Shown: positions 27,621-39,255 of the stretch, in pieces | How positions within the stretch are numbered: position 1 is the stretch's first letter | Layout of the letters: each line of letters opens with the position of its first letter | Assembly (NCBI GenBank): GCA_964016885.1 | Contig: OZ024740.1 | Location: 405,666,001 to 405,730,000 of the forward strand | From: Eledone cirrhosa | Taxonomy: Eukaryota | Direction: 5' to 3' | DNA: 64,000 bases | Notes under the pieces: generated by a model | Told to the model about the DNA's origin: nothing | Seen by the model: the letters and a program-made list of their open reading frames with translations, nothing else | Databases searched by the model: none | Position numbers and translations under genes: made by a program

Positions 27621-27812
27621 CAGGTTGTCCCCCCAAAAATGTATACCCACTTTGATTGCCTATACATGCATTATTTGTTAGGATGGTGTATACATTTTTA
27701 GGGACCCCGGTATATATATATATATGGTGTCCCCGAAAAATGTATACACACTTTGATTACCTGTACAGGCAATATATATATTAGAATGGTGTATACATTT
27801 TTAGGGACCCCG
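27621..27812. repeat. First two units of the MITE-derived satellite; unit 1 has a Tc1/mariner-like TA|CAGG terminus
   Basis: ta|caggttgtccccccaaaaatgtatac...gtatacatttttagggaccccgg|ta. Confidence 0.85.
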
Positions 27813-28571
27813 GTATATATATATATATATATTTTGTATTTATTAATTGTTAGATACGAAAGTTTTTGGTCGTATTGAACAGAACAAATTTTGTATTTTT
27901 GTTAATCGCTTGTTAAATGTGCAAGGACCCCATTCAATCATTACCTCCTATCTCTTCTCCTTCTTATAAATTCCTTAATTCTTAATCTAGCGTATTTTCA
28001 AACCTCAATTCCTAATTCTAGCGTATTTTCAAAACAAAAAACAAAATCCTTTCCTTCTTCCTTCTTTCGAAACTCCCGCTTCCTCGACCCCCCCACCCGC
28101 TACTTCGAAGGCATGGCGGTCAAACGCCTAACACACACACACTCATCATGCGGCCACCCACCCCCTCTCTCTCTCTCTCTATATATATATATATGATAGG
28201 AATTCACTTCGCCAAATTTCATTGCTTTGCTGTCTACTCCACGATATTCATGTAACGTAATGTACATATTTTCCTTCATCTCTACCTCCACAATCCTAAT
28301 TCCTCAATTCCTAATTCTAGCGTATTCATCTCTACCTCCACAAACCTCAATTCCTAATTCTAGCGTATTTTCAAAACAATCCATATTTCGTATCAAGTCC
28401 AAATAGCCAATCTATCGCTAAAACAATCTACATTTTTTGTATTTATTAATTGTTAGATACGAAAGTTTTTGGTCGTATTGAACAGAACAAATTTTGTATT
28501 TTTGTTAATCGCTTGTTAAATGTGCAAGGACCCCATTCAATCATTACCTCCTATCTAGCTACCCAACACCA

Positions 28572-28680
28572 CTCCCTCCCGCCCCCACGCACCACCACTG
28601 CTATTACGTGGACCAATCATAAGCCAGAGCCCCCACGCATCACCAGTATTATTACGCGGACCAATCAGAAGCCAGAGGCC
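28572..28680 (+). promoter_or_regulatory. Putative internal promoter of the RTE: GC box plus duplicated CCAAT unit
   Basis: ccctcccgccccc followed by two ~48-bp units containing GGACCAATCA; a GC box and single GGACCAATCA are conserved in copy A (~24215-24262, minus). Confidence 0.5.
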
Positions 28681-28814
28681 TATACTATCGCTTGCCTGGT
28701 TGCCTTTCGATATATGAGGGATGGATGGACTGCGGAATCCTGGAGAGTGGAGGAGAGAGAGAGAAAAATCTGGACGCTCAGCGACAATGCCAAAGATAAA
28801 GACAAATTCACCTC

Positions 28815-31800
28815 TTGGACGAGAATGCGAGCACTCCTCATTGTTTCGACCTCATTGTTTCGGCTAACATAACCCCATCGCCCCCCGCCCCCCACCGCCC
28901 CCAACCCCCAAACGCAATCCAAAACTTCAGAGTTGGTACCATAAATGTAGGCACCCTAAAGGGTCGCGCTAACGAGGTTGTAGAAATGCTTGAACGTAAG
29001 GAGGTCGATGTTTGTTGTATTCAAGAGACCAGGTGGAGGGGTGGGTCTACTAGGTTCATTGAGGGTAAAAAACGATGTTATAAGCTTTTCTGGGTGGGAA
29101 ACGACGATGGGCTGGGTGGAGTAGGAATCATGGTAGCAGAAAAGTGGGCAGATAAGATAATAGACGTAAATAGAGTGAACGAGAGAATAATTAAAATACG
29201 ACTTGTCCTCAATAGAACTACGGTGACAGTAATATCTGCGTACGCACCCCAATCCGGACTGCCCGGCACTATAAAAGACAGATTCTATGAGACACTGATG
29301 CTAACTACCTCCCAAATATCCGACAGTGACTATATAATTATTGCAGGCGACCTAAATGGTCACGTTGGACAACATTGCGACGGCTACGACGAAATCCATG
29401 GAGGCTATGCGTTTGGTACTAGAAATGAGGAAGGCTCCAGAATCCTGGAATTCTGTGATGTAAATAACCTAACTATCTGTAACACTAACTTAAAAAAACG
29501 TGACAATCACCTGATCACCTATAGATCCGGGGAACACACAAGCCAGGTAGATTATATCCTTACCAGAAGACGTGACAGAGTGTCTGTTGTAAACACTAAA
29601 TCCCTCCCCCATAAAGAATGCACCTCCCAACATAGACTGATAATTAGCGACCTCATAGTCAGGACGAGACGTACTCGACAGCAGAAGAGGACTATCCTCA
29701 GGAGAAAAATATGGACGCTAAAGGACCCCACAGCCAGGAATAAATTTCAAAGCATATTACTTGATGCTTTCGACAGTAAGGAAGAACATTTAGAGTCGGA
29801 CAATATAGAGGGAGAGTGGGAATTTCTGAAAGCAAACCTGCTGTTGGCGACAGACGAAGTCTGTGGCTGGAGCAGGCCTGTAGGCAGGAGGAGAGTAACA
29901 TGGTGGTGGAACAGTAAGGTGGAGGGGTCAATTAAGGCCAAAAAGCAGGCTTGGAAAGTATGGCGGGATGGGGGAAGTAGAGAAGACTATCAAGTGGCCA
30001 GGAGGGAAGCTAGGAGACAAGTGTACTTAGCAAGAAGGGAAGCTGAGGAAAGAAAGTTCAAGCATGTTCTACAACGCGATGACCAAAAACGTGAGGTGTT
30101 CAGGATTGCTAGGCAATGCGTCAAGGAAAACCGTGATATTGTCGGGGAGAAGTGTGTACTAAACGACGATGGCACACTTGCCATCACCGACGCTGATAAG
30201 AAGGTAGCTTGGAAGTGTCAATATGAAAGGCTACTAAATGAGGAGAATAAATGGGAGAAAGACAGTCTCCCCCATATCGACCCAATAGAGGGACCAGCAG
30301 TGTTAGTCGAGGGGAGTATAATAAGTAAGGCAATCAAGGATATGAAGACGGGTAAGGCGGCTGGGCCTTCGGAAATAGTTGCTGAGATGCTGAAGGCATC
30401 TGGCACGGTGGGACACACCATGGTCACCCGCATAGTTAACCAAGTCGTACAGAATGGGGTTGTTCCGAAGGACTGGCATAGCAGCATCATCGTTAACTGT
30501 TATAAGGGTAAAGGAGACGCCCTAGATAGGAGTAACTATAGAGGCATTAAATTAATCGACCAGGTCATGAAGGTCACGGAAAAAGTAATAGCGCAACTAA
30601 TCAGAGAGAGAATTGACCTAGATGAAATGCAGTTCGGGTTTGTGTCAGGCAAAAGTACCACAGACGCTCTTTTCATAGTACGACAACTACAGGAGAAGTA
30701 CCTAGCTAAAGGTAAACCCCTCTACTTAGCTTTTGTCGACTTGGAGAAAGCCTTCAACAGAGTCCCCCGCTCCATTATCTGGTGGGCTCTTAGAAAACTA
30801 GGCGTTGACGAATGGCTTGTGAGGGCTATACAAGCCATGTATAAAGAAACAGTCAGCAAGGTTAGAATTAACAACGAATATAGTGAAGAGTTTAGCGTAA
30901 AAGTTGGCGTCCATCAGGGCTCTGTTCTCAGCCCCCTACTATTTATTGTTGCCCTTCAGGCTATAACAGAGGAGTTCAAGACAGGCTGCCCATGGGAACT
31001 CCTATACGCAGACGACCTGACACTCATAGCGGAATCAATGGCCGAGCTAGAGAAGAAATTCCAAACATGGAAGCACGGCCTAGAGTCAAAAGGACTTAAA
31101 ATTAACCTGGCTAAGACCAAAGTTCTAGTTTGTAGGAAAGAAAACAAGGCGGCGATCCCTTCTGGGAAATGGTCGTGCTCGGTGTGTAGGAAAGGCATAG
31201 GTAGAAACTCCATTTTATGTCCTAAATGCAAAGTATGGGTGCATAAAAGATGTAGTGGGATCACAGGTAAGCTAACTAAGAACATAGATTTTACATGTGG
31301 CCGGTGTTCTGGTGCAATAAGTAGCAGCAAGTGCCCACAAAATACTAGCTCTTTCAATTGCGCAGAGGGTTCTATAGAAATAGTGGACAGCTTCCGTTAC
31401 CTGGGCGATAAAATCAGCAGTGGGGGAGGGTGCTCTGAAAGTACTGTAGCTAGAGTCAGAACTGGTTGGAAAAAGTTCAGAGAGCTTATACCACTATTAG
31501 CTGCTAAAGGGTTCTCCCTAAAAATGAAAGGCAGGTTGTACGATGCCTGCATACGAACAGCAATGCTGCATGGCAGTGAGACCTGGGCATTGTGTGCAGA
31601 GGATATACGCAGACTAGAGAGGAACGAAGCTTGCATGCTCCGCTGGATGTGTAACAGTAATATACGTGAACGGCAAAGCATAAACGAACTAAGGAAAAAA
31701 TTAGAGATAAGAGGGATCAGATGTTGTTTACTCGAGAGAAGGCTACGTTGGTATGGACACGTGATGCGCATGAAAGTCGATAGCTGTATAACAAAGTGCA

Positions 31801-31961
31801 GGGCAATAAAGATAGACGGTAGTCACGGAATAGGCAGACCTAGAAAAACCTGGGACGAGCTGATAAACTCCGACATCACACACTTACACCTCTCCAAGAC
31901 AATCTCACTGGACCGAGACCGTTGGCGGTACTCAGTAATAGAGAAGACCCGCCTTACCTAA
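28815..31961 (+). CDS. RTE polyprotein: APE endonuclease + reverse transcriptase + PHD finger (open frame with TTG start; no AUG before the EN domain)
   Basis: NVGTL/QETRW/GDLNGH/VDYI/SQH (APE); QFGF, FVDLEKAF, GVHQGSVLSP, YADD, FRYLG (RT); C4HC3 at 31176-31307. Confidence 0.93.
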   Translation: MDENASTPHCFDLIVSANITPSPPAPHRPQPPNAIQNFRVGTINVGTLKGRANEVVEMLERKEVDVCCIQETRWRGGSTRFIEGKKRCYKLFWVGNDDGLGGVGIMVAEKWADKIIDVNRVNERIIKIRLVLNRTTVTVISAYAPQSGLPGTIKDRFYETLMLTTSQISDSDYIIIAGDLNGHVGQHCDGYDEIHGGYAFGTRNEEGSRILEFCDVNNLTICNTNLKKRDNHLITYRSGEHTSQVDYILTRRRDRVSVVNTKSLPHKECTSQHRLIISDLIVRTRRTRQQKRTILRRKIWTLKDPTARNKFQSILLDAFDSKEEHLESDNIEGEWEFLKANLLLATDEVCGWSRPVGRRRVTWWWNSKVEGSIKAKKQAWKVWRDGGSREDYQVARREARRQVYLARREAEERKFKHVLQRDDQKREVFRIARQCVKENRDIVGEKCVLNDDGTLAITDADKKVAWKCQYERLLNEENKWEKDSLPHIDPIEGPAVLVEGSIISKAIKDMKTGKAAGPSEIVAEMLKASGTVGHTMVTRIVNQVVQNGVVPKDWHSSIIVNCYKGKGDALDRSNYRGIKLIDQVMKVTEKVIAQLIRERIDLDEMQFGFVSGKSTTDALFIVRQLQEKYLAKGKPLYLAFVDLEKAFNRVPRSIIWWALRKLGVDEWLVRAIQAMYKETVSKVRINNEYSEEFSVKVGVHQGSVLSPLLFIVALQAITEEFKTGCPWELLYADDLTLIAESMAELEKKFQTWKHGLESKGLKINLAKTKVLVCRKENKAAIPSGKWSCSVCRKGIGRNSILCPKCKVWVHKRCSGITGKLTKNIDFTCGRCSGAISSSKCPQNTSSFNCAEGSIEIVDSFRYLGDKISSGGGCSESTVARVRTGWKKFRELIPLLAAKGFSLKMKGRLYDACIRTAMLHGSETWALCAEDIRRLERNEACMLRWMCNSNIRERQSINELRKKLEIRGIRCCLLERRLRWYGHVMRMKVDSCITKCRAIKIDGSHGIGRPRKTWDELINSDITHLHLSKTISLDRDRWRYSVIEKTRLT

Positions 31962-32819
31962 ATACAAAGTAAAACCTACTACAGTCAGTAGGCATCTCTA
32001 ACAAAATACACCCCCGTCCCACCACCCCCACCCCCACCCCATCCACACCACCCCGTTCTATGTAAAGTTATGTTGGTGCCGCGCCATCCAGGCCGAAACA
32101 AATGAGATCGTGTAGGTGTCACGACAAAAAAACACACAGTCCACGCTGTAATGTGGCCGTGTAGGCAACACGGTAAAAACCTCCCAGACCCACACTGTAA
32201 ATGTGGTTGGTGTTAGGAAGGGCATCCAACTGTAGAAAACCTGCCAGACAGTCCTATGCGAGCAAGACAATCACTCTTGCCTCAAGTGGGACTACCCCCG
32301 TCCAAACCCATGCAAGCGTGGAACACGGACGTTAAACGTTGATGATGATGATGATGATATATATATATATGGTGTCCACGAAAAATGTATACACACTTTG
32401 ATTAACTGTACAAGCAATATATATATTAGAATGGTCTATACATTTTTAGGTACCCCGGTATATCTATATATGGTGTCACCGAAAAATGTATACACACTTT
32501 GATTACCTGTATAGGCAATATATATATTAGAATGGTGTCCCCGAAAAATGTATACACACTGATTATCGGTACAGGCAATATATATATTAGAATGGTGTAT
32601 ACATTTTTAGGGACCCCGGTATATATATATATGGTGTCCCCGAAAAATGTATACACACTTTGATTACCTGTACATGCAATATATATATTAGAGTGGTGTA
32701 TACATTTTTAGGGACACCGGTATATATATATATGGTGTCCCCGAAAAATGTATACACACTTTGATTATCTGTAGAGGCAATATATATATTAGAATGGAGT
32801 ATACATTTTTAGGGACCCC

Positions 32820-32854
<35 letters not shown>

Positions 32855-33101
32855 TGTCCCCGAAAAATGTATACACACTTTGATTACCTGTACAGGCAAT
32901 ATATATATTAGAATGGTGTCCCCGAAAAATGTATACACACTTTGATTATCTGTACAGGCAATATATATATTAGAATGGTGTATACATTTTTAGGGACACT
33001 GCTATATATATATATGGTGTCCCCGAAAAATGTATACACACTTTGATTACCTGTACAGGGAATATATATATTAGAATGGTGTATACATTTTTAGAGACCC
33101 C

Positions 33102-33150
<49 letters not shown>

Positions 33151-33510
33151 TGTCCACGAAAAATGTATACACACTTTGATTACCTGTACAAGCAATATAT
33201 ATATATTAGAATGGTGTATACATTTTTAGGTACCCCTGTATATCTATATATGGTGTCCCCGAAAAATGTATACACACTTTGATTACCTGTACAAGCAATA
33301 TATATAGTAGAATGGTGTATACATTTTTAGGGACCCCGGTATATATATATGGTGTCCCCGAAAAATGTATACACACTTTGATTACCTGTACAGGCAATAT
33401 ATATATTAGAATGGTGTCCCCGAAAAATGTATACACACTGATTATCTGTACAGGCAATATATATATTAGAATGGTGTATACATTTTTAGGGACCCCGGTA
33501 TATATATATA

Positions 33511-33965
33511 TCATCATCATCATCATCATCACCGTTTTACGTCCGTTCTTCCACGCTAGCATGGGTTAGACGGGTTGTCCTGTTGTGGGCAGTGTCTGGT
33601 CGGCTGACCATGCCTTGCTCATACAGGAACTGATCTGGCTTGATTTCTACAGCTGGATGCCCTTCCTAACACCAACCTCATTTACAGTGAGTGCTGGGTG
33701 CTTTTTCGTGGCGCCTACACGTCCACTTTACAGTGTGGGCTGGGTGCTTTTTTGCCGTGGCACCTCCACGACCACCTTGCGGTGGGGGGGGGGGGCATAT
33801 TGTTTATATGCTTCAGCATGTACCCATGGGAGGTCGGGTACCCTGTATTACTGCGTGACGCCAGAAGTCACGGTCGTGTGTCATTGACTTTGAGAGGTGT
33901 AGTTGGGTAAGGTCGGCTTTTATCACCTCATCCCAAGTCATCTTGGGTCTCCCCACTCCGCGGTT
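33511..33965 (-). mobile_element. 3' UTR fragment of a related RTE family inserted in the array
   Basis: (CAT)n tail; ctggatgcccttcctaacaccaacc shared with the RTE tail; related pieces at 46570-46654 and 61325-61652. Confidence 0.8.
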
Positions 33966-34062
33966 TATATATATATGGTGTGCCCGAAAAATGTATACAC
34001 ACTTTGATTACCTGTACATGCAATATATATATTAGAATGGTGTATACATTTTTAGGGACACT

Positions 34063-34129
<67 letters not shown>

Positions 34130-34611
34130 TGTCCCCGAAAAATGTATACACACTTTGATTACCTGTACATGCAATATATATATTAGAATGGTGTATACAT
34201 TTTTAGGGACCCCGGTATATATATATGGTGTCCCCGAAAAATGTATACACACTTTGATTATCTGTAAAGGCAATATATATATTAGAATGGTGTATACATT
34301 TTTAGGGACCCCGGTATATATATGGTGTCCCCGAAAAATGTATACACACTTTGATTACCTGTACAGGCAATATATATATTAGAATGGTGTATACATTTTT
34401 AGGGACCCCGGTATATATATATGGTGTCCCCGAAAAATGTATACACACTTCGATAACCTGTACAGGCAATATATATATTAGAATGGTGTATACATTTTTA
34501 GGGACCCCGGTATATATATATATATGGTGTCCCCGAAAAATGTATACACACTTTGATTACCTGTACAGGCAATATATATATTAGAATTATGTATACATTT
34601 TTAGGGACCCC

Positions 34612-34651
<40 letters not shown>

Positions 34652-35138
34652 GTCCCCGAAAAATGTATACACTTTGATTACCTGTACAGGCAATATATAT
34701 ATTAGAATGGTGTATACATTTTTAGGGACCCCGGTATATATATATATATATGGTGTCCCCGAAAAATGTATACACACTTTGATTACCTGTACAGGCAATA
34801 TATATATTAGAATGGTGTATACATTTTTAGGGACCCCGGTATATATATATATGGTGTCCCCGAAAAATGTATACACACTTTGATTATCTGTACAGACAAT
34901 ATATATATTAGAATGGTGTATACATTTTTAGGGACCCCGGTATATATATATGGTGTCCCCGAAAAATGTATACACACTTTGATTACCTGTACAGGCAATA
35001 TATATATTAGAATGGTGTATACATTTTTAGGGACCCCAGTATATATATATATGGTGTCCCCGAAAAATGTATACACACTTTGATTATCTGTACAGGCAAT
35101 ATATATATTAGACTGGTGTATACATTTTTAGGGACACC

Positions 35139-35171
<33 letters not shown>

Positions 35172-35884
35172 CGTCCCCGAAAAATCTATAAACACTTTGA
35201 TTACCTGTACAGGCAATATATATATTAGAATGGTGTATACATTTTTAGGGACCCCGGTATATATATATATGATGTCCCCGAAAAATGTATACACACTTTG
35301 ATTATCTGTAAAGGCAATATATATATTAGAATGGTGTATACATTTTTAGGGACCCCAGTATATATATATATATATATGGTGTCCCCGAAAAATGTATACA
35401 CACTTTGATTACCTGTACAGGCAATATATATATTAGAATGGTGTATACATTTTTAGGGACCCCGGTATATATATATATATATGGTGTCCCCGAAAAAGGT
35501 ATACACACTTTAATTACCTGTACAGGCAATATATATATTAGAATGGTGTATACATTTTTAGGGACACTGGTATATATATATATGGTGTCCCCGAAAAATG
35601 TATACACACTTTGATTACTTGTACAGGCAATATATATATTAGAATGGTGTATACCTTTTTAGGGACACCGGTATATATATATATATATATATGGTGTCCC
35701 GGAAAAATGTATACACACTTTGATTACCTGTACAGGCAATATATATTATTAGAATGGTGTATACATTTTTAGGGACCCCAGTATATATATATATATGGTG
35801 TCCCCGAAAAATGTATACACACTTTGATTACCTGTACAGGCAATATATATATTAGAATGGTGTATACATTTTTAGGGACCCCGG

Positions 35885-35915
<31 letters not shown>

Positions 35916-36423
35916 GGTGTCCCCGAAAAATGTATACACACTTTGATTACCTGTACAGGCAATATATATATTAGAATGGTGTATACATTTTTAGGGACAC
36001 TGGTATATATATATATATGGTGTCCCCGAAAAATGTATACACACTTTGATTACTTGTACAGGCAATATATATATTAGAATGGTGTATACCTTTTTAGGGA
36101 CACTGGTATATATATATATATACGGTGTCCCCGAAAAATGTATACACACTTTGATTACCTGTACAGGCAATATATATATTAGAATGGTGTATACATTTTT
36201 AGGGACCCCGGTATATATATATATATATATATATGGTGTCCCCGAAAAATGTATACACACTTTGATTACCTGTACAAGCAATATATATATTAGAATGGTG
36301 TATACATTTTTAGGGACCCCGGTATATCTATATATGGTGTACCTGAAAAATCTATACACACTTTGATTACCTGTACAGGCAATATATATATATTAGAATG
36401 GTGTATACATTTTTAGGGACCCC

Positions 36424-36461
<38 letters not shown>

Positions 36462-37083
36462 GTCCCCGAAAAATGTATACACTTTGATTACCTGTACAGG
36501 CAATATATATATTAGAATGGTGTATACATTTTTAGGGACCCCGGTATATATATGTATATATATATGGTGTCCACGAAAAATGTATACACACTTTGATTAC
36601 CTGTACAAGCAATATATATATTAGAATGGTGTATACATTTTTAGGTACCCCGGTATATCTATATATGGTGTCCCCGAAAAATGTATACACACTTCGATTA
36701 CCTGTACAGGCAATATATATATTAGAATGGTGTATACATTTTTAAGGACCCCGGTATATATATATGGTGTCCCCGAAAAATGTATACACACTTTGATTAC
36801 CTGTACAGGCAATATTAGAATGGTGTCCCCGAAAAATGTATACACACTGATTATCTGTACAGGCAATATATATATTAGAATGGTGTATACATTTTTAGGG
36901 ACCCCGGTATATATATATATATATATATGGTGTCCCCGAAAAATGTATACACACTTTGATTACCTGTAAAGGCAATATATATATATTAGAATGGTGTATA
37001 CATTTTTCTCATCCCAGGAACAGTTTTGATAGCGCTAGTTTGTGATTTAAATTCAGGAATTTTATATTCTTTGAATGAAAAGA

Positions 37084-37167
37084 ACCTTCTGACGAGAATC
37101 TTTCTTTGCAACGAAGGCCGTATGGTCTCCGTTTTATTTTTGGGATTCGAAACCGATCGGTAAAGGT
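37084..37167 (+). ncRNA. Type I hammerhead ribozyme (copy 1)
   Basis: ACCTT-CTGACGA-GAATC...GATTC-GAAA-CCGATCGG-TA-AAGGT; all core nucleotides present; GUA site after 37162. Confidence 0.88.
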
Positions 37168-37563
37168 AACTATAGTGGGTAAAGTCAATTTTTAAAAATT
37201 TATTTTGAAACTTTTTCATTATTTGCTAAACCTTGTTTATATTTGTTCTGGCTCGTTAATTTATTAACCCGCCATTGAACCACACTGGCATTTGGTTGGA
37301 CAATACATGCGTACCTTGGCGCCTTGTGCGTGAAGGAACGTGTATCCTATTACTACTACCTCCACTAACGTTGAGAACAAAATTGGTCGTTCTGACTGCT
37401 GCTAGCAATAGCTGTGGCTAGTTTGACCTACCTCCTTTTGCCTCTATCTTTGCTACGGCCCTTGATAAACCTGTTTCTTCATCCACTCTCATCCCAGGAA
37501 CAGTTTTGATAGCGCTAGTTTGTGATTTAAATTCAGGAATTTTATATTCTTTGAATGAAAAGA

Positions 37564-37647
37564 ACCTTCTGACGAGAATCTTTCTTTGCAACGAAGGCTG
37601 TATGGTCTCCGTTTTATTTTTGGGATTCGAAACCGATCGGTAAAGGT
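37564..37647 (+). ncRNA. Type I hammerhead ribozyme (copy 2)
   Basis: Same motif 480 bp downstream with one change in the stem II extension; site after 37642. Confidence 0.88.
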
Positions 37648-37734
37648 AACTATAGTAGATAAAGTCAATTTTTTAAAATTTATTTTGAAACTTTTTCATT
37701 ATTTGCTAAACCTTGTTTATATATATATATATAT

Positions 37735-38622
37735 AGTAGAATAATCGAGTATCGAAAAATCGGCGCACGAGTTCACGATAAACAAAATTCGAAATGAGCG
37801 GCAGAGGGCTCAATAATTCAGATAAATCAGAGCTATAACTATCGTTAAAATACCGACACACATAGAACATGTCTAAAATCAACCATGCGACCGAAAAATT
37901 ACGATATGGAAGATTCGGGACACTCAGATAAAATATCAATAAATCAATAAATCAAATGAATGTAAAAAGCATACCCGGACCCGCTAGAAAGATGGTAAAT
38001 CTAGCTTCTTGGGTTTCTGTAAATCCTTAAACCGCCCTCTATCAGCCCACATAAAAATATATAAGACTTCTAGAAAGTGGCGGACCGGAATTTACTTCCT
38101 CAACGAGCTTTTGTCCGAACGAATAAAAAGGCATAACCCAGGTTGAAAGAACGCACATGGAATTCAGCAAGGGAGATAACCTCTATATCCGCAAAAAAAT
38201 ATTCGGGAAAATGTGGAAATACACATATCGAATAAGAGTGCTCAATAGACATGTTAAAATAAACAGGAGCTATTCATCATTTAATAGAATCGACAAAAAA
38301 TGAACAATAAAATTAACTGGTCAATAGCTAAGTCTAGAGCTAAATATAGTAGAATAATCGAGTATCGAAAAATCGGTGCACGAGTTCACGATAAACAAAA
38401 TTAGAAATGAGCGGCAGAGGGCTCAATAATTCAGATAAATCAGAGCTATAACTATCGTTAAAATACCGACACACATAGAACATGTCTAAAATCAACCATA
38501 CAACCGAAAAATTACGATATGGAAGATTCGGGACACTCAGATAAAATATCAATAAATCAATAAATCAAATGAATGTAAAAAGCATACCCGGACCCGCTAG
38601 AAAGATGGTAAATCTAGCTTCT
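37735..38622. mobile_element. Unclassified insertion with ~275-bp direct repeats (~610-bp period), possibly a decayed Penelope-like element
   Basis: tagtagaataatcgag...ggtaaatctagcttct at ~37735 and ~38348; TA flanks; weak minus-strand resemblance to GIY-YIG (YVG..EG.FK, W-IL). Confidence 0.5.
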
Positions 38623-38725
38623 TATATATATATATATATGGTGTCCCCGAAAAATGTATACACACTTTGATTATCTGTACAGGCAATATATATATTAGAA
38701 TGGTGTATACATTTTTAGGGACCCC

Positions 38726-38762
<37 letters not shown>

Positions 38763-39210
38763 TGTCCCCGAAAAAAGTATACACACTTTAATTACCTGTA
38801 CAGGCAATATATATATTAGAATGGTGTATACATTTTTAGGGACCCCGGTATATATATATATATATGGTGTCCCCGAAAAATGTATACACACTTTGATTAC
38901 CTGTACAAGCAATATATATATTAGAATGGTGTATACATTTTTAGGGACCCCGGTATATCTATATATGGTGTCCCGAAAAATGTATACACACTTTGATTAC
39001 CTGTACAGGCAATATATATATTAGAATGGTGTATACATTTTTAGGGACCCCGGTATATATATATGGTGTCCCCGAAAAATGTATACACACTTTGATTACC
39101 TGTACAGGCCATATATATATTAGAATGGTGTCCCCGAAAAATGTATAGACACTGATTATCTGTACAGGCAATATATATATTAGAATGGTGTATACATTTT
39201 TAGGGACCCC

Positions 39211-39255
<45 letters not shown>

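Larger units (their letters stand above)
27832..32358 (+). mobile_element. RTE LINE copy B, full length, inserted in a (TA)n spacer of the MITE satellite
   Basis: 5' region with internal repeats, uninterrupted APE-RT frame, 3' UTR, (GAT)n tail; satellite units on both sides; 5' boundary approximate. Confidence 0.95.
37007..37722 (+). mobile_element. Retrozyme/Penelope-like non-coding element: ~235-bp direct repeats at a 480-bp period, each with an HHR
   Basis: 37007-37242 is repeated at 37487-37722; ends in (TA)n. Confidence 0.8.
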
